This document shows positions 56,983 to 64,000 of a stretch of DNA of 64,000 bases, piece by piece. The translations under genes and the position numbers were made by a program. The stretch is from contig CAVUDW010000004.1 of the NCBI GenBank assembly GCA_963740355.1, positions 26,280 to 90,279 on the forward strand, read 5' to 3'. Below the pieces are notes generated by a model. The model had not been told where the DNA came from and made no database searches. It worked only from the letters and a program-made list of their open reading frames with translations. The stretch's first letter is position 1, and each line of letters begins with the position of its first letter. This DNA comes from an uncultured Gemmatimonadaceae bacterium. GTDB taxonomy: Bacteria; Gemmatimonadota; Gemmatimonadetes; Gemmatimonadales; Gemmatimonadaceae.

Positions 56983-57011
56983 TTGACGGGACTTCGCTGG
57001 CTGGCTATGCT
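56983..57011 (+). promoter_or_regulatory. candidate promoter of rplM-rpsI
   Basis: TTGACG (56983-56988), a 17-nt spacer, then TATGCT (57006-57011). A leader of about 85 nt follows, containing the stem CGGGTCT (57013-57019) / AGACCCG (57047-57053). Confidence 0.55.
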
Positions 57012-57103
57012 TCGGGTCTGTCCAAAACACCCTTGCGAGGGGGCCGAGACCCGGGTTGCAATGTGCACCGGTGAGGCGTGGGTTCAAATTTGTGGGTAGT
57101 CAG

Positions 57104-57571
57104 ATGCATCCGTCGCAAAAGACGTATAGCCCGAAGCCAGCTGATCTGCATCATGCCTGGTGGGTGGTGGACGCCGAAGGCATGGTCCTCGGTCGTCTCG
57201 CCGCAGAAGTCGCGAAGGTCATTCGCGGCAAGCACAAGCCGATGTTCACGCCGCACGCTGACACGGGCGATTTCGTCGTCGTGATCAACGCCAGCAAGGT
57301 GCGCGTCACTGGTCGCAAGGCCGAGCAGAAGACGTACTTCCGTCACACCGGCTACATGGGTCACGAGAAGTACACCGCCTTTGCCGACATGATCGAGAAG
57401 CACCCGGAGCGCGTGATCGAGAAGGCGGTCTATGGCATGCTGCCGAAGACCGACCTCGCCCGCCGCCACCTTCGTCGCAAGCTGCGCGTATTTGCCGGCC
57501 CGACGCATGATCACGTGGCGCAGAAGCCGCAGGAACTCACGTTGACCGCAGCGAAGGGAGCGACCAAGTAA
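57104..57571 (+). CDS. rplM: 50S ribosomal protein L13
   Basis: 155 aa from the ATG at 57104, with WWVVDAEGMVLGRLA and KPMFTPHADTGDFVVVINA. Confidence 0.96.
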   Translation: MHPSQKTYSPKPADLHHAWWVVDAEGMVLGRLAAEVAKVIRGKHKPMFTPHADTGDFVVVINASKVRVTGRKAEQKTYFRHTGYMGHEKYTAFADMIEKHPERVIEKAVYGMLPKTDLARRHLRRKLRVFAGPTHDHVAQKPQELTLTAAKGATK

Positions 57572-57966
57572 TGGCGACCGAACAGCTTCACGCCGTCGGC
57601 CGCCGCAAGGAAGCGGTGTGCCGCGTCTACATCACGCCGGGCACGGGCAAGTGGGAAATCAATGGTGGCCGCACGTTGGGCGACTATTTCCCGCGTCCGT
57701 CGCTGGTGACGTCGATCCAGCAGCCGTTTACGGTCACCGACACGATCGGTGGCTATGACGTGAAGGCGAACCTCACCGGTGGCGGCCAGGCTGGCCAGGC
57801 CGGTGCGTTGCGCCTCGCGATTGCCCGCGTGCTCGTGCAGATCAACGCCGACCACAAGAAGAAGCTTCGTGAGTTCGGTCTCCTGACGCGTGATGCGCGG
57901 TCGGTCGAGCGCAAGAAGCCGGGCCAGCCGGGCGCCCGCAAGAAGTTCCAGTTCAGCAAGCGCTAG
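57571..57966 (+). CDS. rpsI: 30S ribosomal protein S9
   Basis: 131 aa with GRRKEAVCRVYI and C-terminal RKKPGQPGARKKFQFSKR. It has a TAATG overlap with rplM. Confidence 0.97.
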   Translation: MATEQLHAVGRRKEAVCRVYITPGTGKWEINGGRTLGDYFPRPSLVTSIQQPFTVTDTIGGYDVKANLTGGGQAGQAGALRLAIARVLVQINADHKKKLREFGLLTRDARSVERKKPGQPGARKKFQFSKR

Positions 57967-57974
57967 TCGTTGTC

Positions 57975-58007
57975 GTGGTGGTGCGGTGCCTTGCGCCGCA
58001 CCACCAC
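57975..58007 (+). terminator. GC-rich hairpin after rpsI (terminator candidate, no T-tract)
   Basis: GTGGTGGTGCGG (57975-57986) pairs with CCGCACCACCAC (57996-58007). The downstream sequence is not T-rich. Confidence 0.45.
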
Positions 58008-58112
58008 ACTGCTCGTATCTCTCACGCCTCCTGAGCACTCGCTGGTGCCGGCCAAGCCGGTTGCGATGTGTGTTGACGGGGGCGGCGGATCCAACCTTCA
58101 GATTGACCTGAC

Positions 58113-59060
58113 ATGGCACAGCCCACGATCGAACAGCTCCTGGAGGCCGGTGTACACTTCGGCCACCAGACCCGCCGCTGGAACCCGAAGATGCGCAAGT
58201 TCATCTTCGCGGAACGCAACGGCATCCACATCATCGACCTGCAGAAGACGCTCAAGCAGCTCGAGCTCGCCCAGAAGCTGGCACGCGAAGTCGTGCTCCG
58301 CGGTGAGCAGGTGCTCTTCGTCTGCACCAAGCAGCAGCTCCAGGCCATCGTCGCCCAGGAAGCTGAGCGCTGCGGCTCGATGTTCATCACCGAGCGCTGG
58401 CTCGGCGGCCTCCTGACCAACTTCGGGACGGTCAAGAAGCAGCTCAAGAAGCTCAAGGAGCTCGAGGCCGGCAGCGAGGAAGGCGGCGGTTTCTCGAACT
58501 ACACCAAGAAGGAACAGCTGATGATGCGTCGTCAGCGCGACAAGTTGTCGAAGAACCTGTCGGGCATCTCCAGCATGACGCGCCTGCCGGGCCTGATGTT
58601 CGTCGTCGACGCGAAGAAGGAAAACATCGCCGTCAGCGAAGCGAACAAGCTTGGCATTCCGATCATTGCCATCGCCGACACGAATGCCGATCCGGACCTG
58701 CTCACCGTGCCGGTGGCTGGTAACGACGACGCCATTCGCTCCGTCGAGTTGATCGCCCGCGCCATCGCGGACGTGATCTCGGAAGCCCGTCGCGAAGCCC
58801 CGACCCGTACGGTCGAGGAAGAGTCCGAGGAAAGCACCTACAGCTCGGATCGCGGCATGGAGTCAGCCGGTCGTGGTGATGACCGTGGTCGTCGTGGCGG
58901 TGGGCAGGGTGGCGGCCAGGGCGCCGGTCAGGGTGCTGGCGGAGCAGGCGCGCAGGGTGGACAGCGCCGCCGTCGCCGCGCCAAGCCGGAAGCGATTCAG
59001 GCCCGCCTGCGCGGTCCCGACGCTGCCGCTGCGGTCGAGTCGACCGACGACGCGTCGTAA
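58113..59060 (+). CDS. rpsB: 30S ribosomal protein S2 (with Gly/Arg/Gln-rich C-terminal extension)
   Basis: 315 aa. The S2 core has LLEAGVHFGHQTRRWNPKM and AIADTNADPD. A non-core tail of about 85 aa follows. Confidence 0.96.
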   Translation: MAQPTIEQLLEAGVHFGHQTRRWNPKMRKFIFAERNGIHIIDLQKTLKQLELAQKLAREVVLRGEQVLFVCTKQQLQAIVAQEAERCGSMFITERWLGGLLTNFGTVKKQLKKLKELEAGSEEGGGFSNYTKKEQLMMRRQRDKLSKNLSGISSMTRLPGLMFVVDAKKENIAVSEANKLGIPIIAIADTNADPDLLTVPVAGNDDAIRSVELIARAIADVISEARREAPTRTVEEESEESTYSSDRGMESAGRGDDRGRRGGGQGGGQGAGQGAGGAGAQGGQRRRRRAKPEAIQARLRGPDAAAAVESTDDAS

Positions 59061-59075
59061 CCAGCTCGCACCGCG

Positions 59076-59150
59076 AGGAGCGCGGCTACCCGCGCTCCTG
59101 CGTTCGGAGTAAGCTTCCCAACGCCGTCGGCCTCCAGCCGGCGGCGTTTC
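59076..59150 (+). terminator. two tandem hairpins between rpsB and tsf (partial terminator/processing candidate)
   Basis: AGGAGCGCG (59076-59084) pairs with CGCGCTCCT (59091-59099). AACGCCGTCGG (59120-59130) pairs with CCGGCGGCGTT (59138-59148, one G-U) and is followed by TTC. Confidence 0.45.
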
Positions 59151-59180
59151 CACAATCCCGATTGATCCGGTCTCTCGACC

Positions 59181-60068
59181 ATGACGACGATGAATTTTAC
59201 GGCCAAGGACGTCCAGGAACTGCGGCAGCGCACTGGCGCCGGCATGATGGACTGCAAGAAGGCGCTCACCGAGATGAACGGCGACATCAACGCCGCCGTC
59301 GAATACCTCCGCAAGAAGGGCATCGCGAAGGCGGAATCGCGCTCAGGACGCACCACCAGCGAAGGTATGATCGGCAGCGCGGTCTCGGCTGACGCGGCTG
59401 TTGGTGTGCTGGCTGAAGTGAACTGCGAAACGGACTTCGTCGCGCGCACCGACGACTTCAAGGCGCTCGTCGATGTCGTCCTGCAGCACGCGCTCCACAC
59501 GGACGCCACGGATGCGGAAGCCCTCCTCGCGGCGCCGGTTGGCAGCGAAGGCGGCAAGACGCTGGATGAAGTCGTGAAGGAACGCTCCGCCAAGCTCGGC
59601 GAAGTGGTGAACGTCCGACGCATCGCGCGCTTTGCCATCGGCAACGGCGCGGTCGGCATGTACACGCATCACAACGCCAAGGTTGGCGTGCTCGTCGAGG
59701 CGTCGCTTGGAAACGCGGAGGTCGCAACCAGCGAGCCGGTGCAGACCATGCTCAAGGCGATCGCCGAACACGCAGCGGCGATGAACCCGCTGGCACTCGA
59801 TCGCAGCGGTATCGCGCCGGAGTTGGTCGAGAAGGAAAAGCGTATCGCCGAAGACCAGGCACGGCAGAGCGGCAAGCCGGAAGCGATGATCGAGAAGATC
59901 GCGACGGGCAAGCTCGAGGCGTTCTTCAAGGACATGTCCCTCATTTCGCAGCCGTGGGTACGTGAGCCGAAGAAGACGATCACGGACCTGGTCCGCGAAA
60001 CGGGCAAGGCGGCCGGCACGGAGATCACCGTGACGCGCTTCGTCCGCTTTGCGCTCGGCGACGCGTGA
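59181..60068 (+). CDS. tsf: translation elongation factor Ts
   Basis: 295 aa with the N-terminal UBA-like [16 protein letters not shown] and the core [12 protein letters not shown]. Confidence 0.96.
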   Translation: MTTMNFTAKDVQELRQRTGAGMMDCKKALTEMNGDINAAVEYLRKKGIAKAESRSGRTTSEGMIGSAVSADAAVGVLAEVNCETDFVARTDDFKALVDVVLQHALHTDATDAEALLAAPVGSEGGKTLDEVVKERSAKLGEVVNVRRIARFAIGNGAVGMYTHHNAKVGVLVEASLGNAEVATSEPVQTMLKAIAEHAAAMNPLALDRSGIAPELVEKEKRIAEDQARQSGKPEAMIEKIATGKLEAFFKDMSLISQPWVREPKKTITDLVRETGKAAGTEITVTRFVRFALGDA

Positions 60069-60820
60069 GCGATTCCGCCAACGCAGCACCGGCGGCGGAG
60101 GGCGGCGAGGCCGCCCTCCGCTATCCGCGCGTCCTCATCAAGCTCTCCGGTGAGGCGCTTGCAGGTGACCGGAAGGTCGGCTTCGATTTCGACCGCATTT
60201 CGTTCTTCTGCGAGCAGATCAAGGAAGTCGTCGATCTCGGGGCCCGCGTCGGTCTCGTGATCGGTGGCGGGAACATCGTGCGGGGCGCGCAGCTGGCCCA
60301 GAATGGCATGGATCGAGTCGGCGCCGACTACATGGGCATGCTGGGCACGGTGATCAACGCTCTCGCGCTGCAGGACCAGCTCGAGAAGCGTGGTGTGGAT
60401 ACGCGCGTGATGACGGCGATTCGCATGGAAGAACTGGCCGAGCCATACATTCGTCGACGCGCCATGCGCCACCTCGAGCAGGGCCGCATCGTCCTCTTCG
60501 CGGCCGGCACGGGAAACCCCTATTTCTCCACCGACACGGCGGCTGTGCTGCGCGGCATCCAGATGAAGGCGGATGTCATCATCAAGGCCACCAGTGTGGA
60601 CGGCGTGTACTCGGCCGACCCGAAGAAGGACCCGAATGCCGTCAAGTACGAGACGGTCAGTTTCCGCGACGTCATGCTCGGCGAGCTTGCAGTGATGGAC
60701 CAGACGGCCATCACGCTCTGCAAGGAAAACTCGCTGCCCCTGATCGTCCTCAACACTCACACTCCCGGCGAGATTGCCCGCGCAGTGCGTGGTGAACGCG
60801 TCGGAACCTTCGTCTCATGA
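60065..60820 (+). CDS. pyrH: UMP kinase
   Basis: 251 aa with [21 protein letters not shown] and [15 protein letters not shown]. Confidence 0.96.
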   Translation: MSDSANAAPAAEGGEAALRYPRVLIKLSGEALAGDRKVGFDFDRISFFCEQIKEVVDLGARVGLVIGGGNIVRGAQLAQNGMDRVGADYMGMLGTVINALALQDQLEKRGVDTRVMTAIRMEELAEPYIRRRAMRHLEQGRIVLFAAGTGNPYFSTDTAAVLRGIQMKADVIIKATSVDGVYSADPKKDPNAVKYETVSFRDVMLGELAVMDQTAITLCKENSLPLIVLNTHTPGEIARAVRGERVGTFVS

Positions 60821-61365
60821 TCCCTGACATTCTGAAGGCCACGAAGGCAGGCATGGAGAAGGGCATCGAGAACGCCAAGCGCGAGTTCGCAACCGTGCGG
60901 ACTGGCAAGGCGTCCCCGAACATGCTCGACACGATCCAGGTCGAGGCATACGGCTCGTACGTGCCGCTCAACCAGGTCGCGTCGATCTCGGCGCCCGAGG
61001 CGCGCACGCTGCTCGTCACACCGTTCGACAAGGGACAGGTGAAGGCGATCGAGAAGGCGATCCGCGAGTCGGATCTCGGCCTCGATCCCGCGCACCAGGG
61101 CAACGTGATCCGCGTGCCGCTCCCGTCGATGAACGAACAGCGCCGCAAGGAGCTGGTGAAGATGTTGCACAACCTGGCGGAGGACGGTCGCGTGGCGATC
61201 CGTCACGCACGCACCGATTCCCGCGACAAGCTGAAGAAGTTGAAGAGCGTGTCGGAGGATGAGGTGAAGCAGGCCGAGAAGGAGCTGCAGAAGCTTCACG
61301 ACGACTTCATTGCCAAGATCGAAGCGGCGGTGAAGGCGAAGGAAGCCGAGATCATGGCCGTCTGA
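60817..61365 (+). CDS. frr: ribosome recycling factor
   Basis: 182 aa with [15 protein letters not shown] and [18 protein letters not shown]. Confidence 0.96.
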   Translation: MIPDILKATKAGMEKGIENAKREFATVRTGKASPNMLDTIQVEAYGSYVPLNQVASISAPEARTLLVTPFDKGQVKAIEKAIRESDLGLDPAHQGNVIRVPLPSMNEQRRKELVKMLHNLAEDGRVAIRHARTDSRDKLKKLKSVSEDEVKQAEKELQKLHDDFIAKIEAAVKAKEAEIMAV

Positions 61366-61373
61366 GCCTCGCT

Positions 61374-62135
61374 GTGGCAACGACTTCCACACTGTCGACG
61401 CCTGACCTGCTCGAACAGGTCAAGCTGGCTGGCGCACCGCCGCGGCATGTTGCCATCATCATGGATGGCAACGGACGCTGGGCGCGCAAGCACTTCATGC
61501 CGCGTCCCCTCGGGCATCGCTCCGGCATGAAGGCAGTGCGTGAAGTCGTCCACGGGGCCATCGAGGCAGGCGTGCAGCACCTGTCGCTGTTCGCCTTTTC
61601 GCAGGAAAACTGGCAGCGACCGACGACTGAGGTGTCGGCGTTGATGTCGCTGCTCGAGGAGTACATCGCGAAGGAAGTCGCCGAGTTGTCGGCGCGCGGG
61701 GTGCGGGTGCGCATCCTTGGCGAACGCGAGCGGCTCACCGAGGGCGCGCGGCAGGCCGTCGAGCTGGTGGAAAGCACCACCGCGCACAACGACACGCTGC
61801 ACCTGAACATCTTCATCTCGTACGGCAGCCGCACGGAGCTGGTGCGGGCGACACAGTCACTCGCTCGCGATGTGGCGCAGGGCATCATTTCGCCCGCGGA
61901 CATCGACGAGGAAGCCATCAGCGGTCGCCTGATGACTGCGGGCATGCCGGACCCGGACCTGCTGATTCGCACCTCGGGCGAGCAGCGCGTCTCGAACTTC
62001 CTCCTCTGGCAGCTCGCCTACACCGAGTTCTACATCTCGGGTGTGCTCTGGCCCGACTTCGGACGCCGTGATCTTTTTACGGCGATCCTCGACTACAAGC
62101 GACGCGAGCGTCGGTACGGAAAGGTTTCCGTCTGA
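61374..62135 (+). CDS. uppS: di-trans,poly-cis-undecaprenyl-diphosphate synthase
   Basis: 253 aa with HVAIIMDGNGRWA, FAFSQENWQRP and IRTSGEQRVSNFLLWQLAYTEF. Confidence 0.95.
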   Translation: MATTSTLSTPDLLEQVKLAGAPPRHVAIIMDGNGRWARKHFMPRPLGHRSGMKAVREVVHGAIEAGVQHLSLFAFSQENWQRPTTEVSALMSLLEEYIAKEVAELSARGVRVRILGERERLTEGARQAVELVESTTAHNDTLHLNIFISYGSRTELVRATQSLARDVAQGIISPADIDEEAISGRLMTAGMPDPDLLIRTSGEQRVSNFLLWQLAYTEFYISGVLWPDFGRRDLFTAILDYKRRERRYGKVSV

Positions 62136-62143
62136 CAAGCGGG

Positions 62144-63004
62144 ATGTCGGAGCTCGCCAAGCGCGTCATCGTCGCGCTGATTCTCGCCCCAATCGCCGTT
62201 GCCGCAGCGTGGTTCGGTGACGCGGCGCTCGCCACACTGCTGAGCGTCGTCGCTGGTGTCGCCGCGTGGGAGCTCTGTCGGATGGCCCACAAGACGGGCA
62301 TCGAGACGCTTGACGGACTGACGATCGCGCTGGCCGCCTCGCTGCCACTCCTGTCGCACGGCATTCGGCTCGATGTGCTGCGGCCGAGCCCCGCCTGGTT
62401 CGCGGTGGGTTTGCTGGTCCTGATGACCGTCACGATTTTTGCGCGCCGCCTCGACCAACGCCCACTGGCAGTAGCTGCGGCCAGCCTCTTCATCGTGATG
62501 TACACCGGCGGCATGCTGAGTTTTGCGTACGACCTGCGCTATCACAACTACGCGATCGGACGCGTGGGACAGTGCCTCGTGCTCTTGTTCCCGGTGCTGC
62601 TGACGTGGGCGTCGGACGTGGGTGCGTATTTCGTCGGCCGCTTGATTGGTCGCACGAAGCTGATGCCGAGCGTGAGTCCGGCCAAGACGGTCGAGGGATC
62701 GCTGGGCGGCGTCGCCCTGAGTGTCGTGATGGCGTGGCTGTACGTCCGCTACCTGTTGGTGCCACAGGGGCAGCTCGGATTGTCGCCCGCTGGCATCGTC
62801 GCGTTTGGAGTGTTGATCGCCGCCGCCGCGCAGCTTGGTGACCTGTTCGAATCGCTGCTGAAGCGCGAAGCGGCCGTCAAGGACAGTTCCAACCTGTTGC
62901 CGGGACACGGCGGATTTCTCGATCGCGTTGACAGCCTGCTCTTCGTCTTGCCGGTTGCCGCCCTCCTGCTCAACGTGCTGCTGATTCCCGCGCCACAGTC
63001 ATGA
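62144..63004 (+). CDS. cdsA: phosphatidate cytidylyltransferase
   Basis: 286-aa multi-pass membrane protein with the C-terminal signature SLLKREAAVKDSSNLLPGHGGFLDRVDS. Confidence 0.9.
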   Translation: MSELAKRVIVALILAPIAVAAAWFGDAALATLLSVVAGVAAWELCRMAHKTGIETLDGLTIALAASLPLLSHGIRLDVLRPSPAWFAVGLLVLMTVTIFARRLDQRPLAVAAASLFIVMYTGGMLSFAYDLRYHNYAIGRVGQCLVLLFPVLLTWASDVGAYFVGRLIGRTKLMPSVSPAKTVEGSLGGVALSVVMAWLYVRYLLVPQGQLGLSPAGIVAFGVLIAAAAQLGDLFESLLKREAAVKDSSNLLPGHGGFLDRVDSLLFVLPVAALLLNVLLIPAPQS

Positions 63005-64000
63005 CGCCGCGCGGTGTGGCCGTTCTCGGATCGACAGGCTCGGTTGGCACGACGGCGTTGCGTGTGCTGGCCCGTCAACGTGCGGGCTTTGCGGTGCGTG
63101 CGCTGACGGCCCACAGCAATGCGCCCCTGCTGCGCGCACAGGTGGCCGAATACGCGCCCTCTTTCGTCGGCATGGTGCAACCGACCGACGATGCCGATCC
63201 GTCCTGGGCCACCGGCGCCGAATGCCTCGTCGCGGCGGCCACGCGCGATGACGTACACACCGTCATCAACGCGGTGGTGGGTGCCGCTGGTATGCGTGCG
63301 ACGCTGGCAGCGCTGGGGGCCGGAAAGCGGGTGGCGCTGGCGAACAAGGAGACACTCGTGATGGCCGGCGGCCTGGTGACCGCTGCCGCCGTACGTGGTG
63401 GCGGCGAACTGGTGCCGGTCGACAGCGAACACTCTGCCATCCTCCAGTGCATCGCGGGGCGACCGATGGCGGAGGTGCGCCGGCTGATCATCACGGCTTC
63501 AGGCGGACCATTCCGCACCTGGGACAGTGCACGGGTGCAGTCGGCTACCGTTACCGACGCGCTCAATCATCCCACCTGGTCGATGGGACGAAAGATCACG
63601 ATCGACAGCGCCACCCTGGCCAACAAGGCGCTCGAAGTGATCGAGGCGCATCACCTGTTCGGCATTCCGTACGACCGGATCGATGTCGTGGTGCATCCAC
63701 AGAGTGTCGTGCATTCGTTCGTCGAGTTCGTGGATGGCAGCGTGCTGGCGCAACTCGGCGTGCCGAGCATGGAATTGCCGGTGCTGTACGCCCTCACACA
63801 TCCGGATCGCATCATCGATTCGGGGGTACCCGCGTTCGACCCCGTCGCGCTGTCGCCCCTGACCTACGAGCCCGTGCGGCACGACGCCTTCCCGGCGCTT
63901 GGTTTGGGAATTGCGGCGGGACGACGCGGCGGCGCAGCGCCGGCCGTCTTCAATGCGGCGAACGAAATGGCGGTGGCGCGCTTTCTGGATGGTGAACTGA
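63001..64000 (+). CDS. dxr: 1-deoxy-D-xylulose 5-phosphate reductoisomerase (3'-truncated by window end)
   Basis: It is not in the ORF track because no stop occurs within the window. My translation from the ATG at 63001 reads MTPRGVAVLGSTGSVGTTALRVLARQ..., followed later by LANKETLV and PVDSEHSAILQC. It has an ATGA overlap with cdsA. Confidence 0.93.
   Translation, partial: MTPRGVAVLGSTGSVGTTALRVLARQRAGFAVRALTAHSNAPLLRAQVAEYAPSFVGMVQPTDDADPSWATGAECLVAAATRDDVHTVINAVVGAAGMRATLAALGAGKRVALANKETLVMAGGLVTAAAVRGGGELVPVDSEHSAILQCIAGRPMAEVRRLIITASGGPFRTWDSARVQSATVTDALNHPTWSMGRKITIDSATLANKALEVIEAHHLFGIPYDRIDVVVHPQSVVHSFVEFVDGSVLAQLGVPSMELPVLYALTHPDRIIDSGVPAFDPVALSPLTYEPVRHDAFPALGLGIAAGRRGGAAPAVFNAANEMAVARFLDGEL

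Noticed and set aside
58073-58112. A complete sigma70-type promoter for rpsB built on the TTGACG at 58073
   Set aside because: At 17-18 nt spacing the -10 candidates (CTTCAG, TTCAGA) are poor, and CAGATT would require a 20-nt spacer. Only the shared 12-mer is reported as an observation.
1-64000. CRISPR arrays, IS elements, integrases, prophage genes, toxin-antitoxin pairs and known defence systems
   Set aside because: Reading both strands, I recognised no spaced direct-repeat array, transposase or integrase motif, or short paired TA-like ORFs. The only tandem repeats are the 20-bp duplication at 10794 and the 41-bp-period repeat at 49874.

Overview
This is a high-GC, very gene-dense chromosomal core segment with about 60 protein genes and 2 tRNAs. 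I recognised no rRNA, CRISPR array, transposase or integrase. Most of it is housekeeping operons, many joined by 1-4 nt stop/start overlaps. In order: coaD-pta-rsmA; divergent rex/arcA; infC-rpmI-rplT-pheS-pheT-(coiled-coil)-zapA-rny-folD-xseA-xseB-ispA-dxs-nadK-recN; tRNA-Gly(GCC) and tRNA-Leu(UAA); a translationally coupled M20(dapE-like)-asd-lysC-dapB-dapA-dapD-aroA-cmk string followed by rpsA; dinB; a dispersed acyl-CoA carboxylase set (pccB ... accC-rlmD-BCCP); rplM-rpsI; and rpsB-tsf-pyrH-frr-uppS-cdsA-dxr, with dxr cut by the window end. Envelope and secreted proteins are interspersed: a 10x BNR/Asp-box protein, three beta-barrel-like outer-membrane proteins, a CBM9/DUF5916-like giant, two unrelated PEP-CTERM cargo proteins and a lipoprotein D-aminoacylase. 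RNase Y together with PEP-CTERM cargo, many OM proteins and high GC suggests a diderm such as Gemmatimonadota, but this is inference only. The best candidate for an undescribed system is a minus-strand ATP-grasp / FemAB-like GNAT / small secreted beta-protein operon (45.5-48.3 kb), flanked at a few kb on each side by PEP-CTERM genes. Regulatory signals read directly from the sequence include a perfect Rex operator abutting the rex start. They also include an ATT-initiated infC behind a leader with an intrinsic-terminator-like attenuator, and a structured ~180-nt region downstream of zapA (6S-RNA-like position). Others are a 41-bp-period repeat with GTCGCGAC palindromes upstream of a PEP-CTERM gene, and a recurring TTGAC(C/G)-N17-TAnnnT promoter pattern. 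The many long antisense or out-of-frame ORFs in the track are treated as high-GC artefacts.
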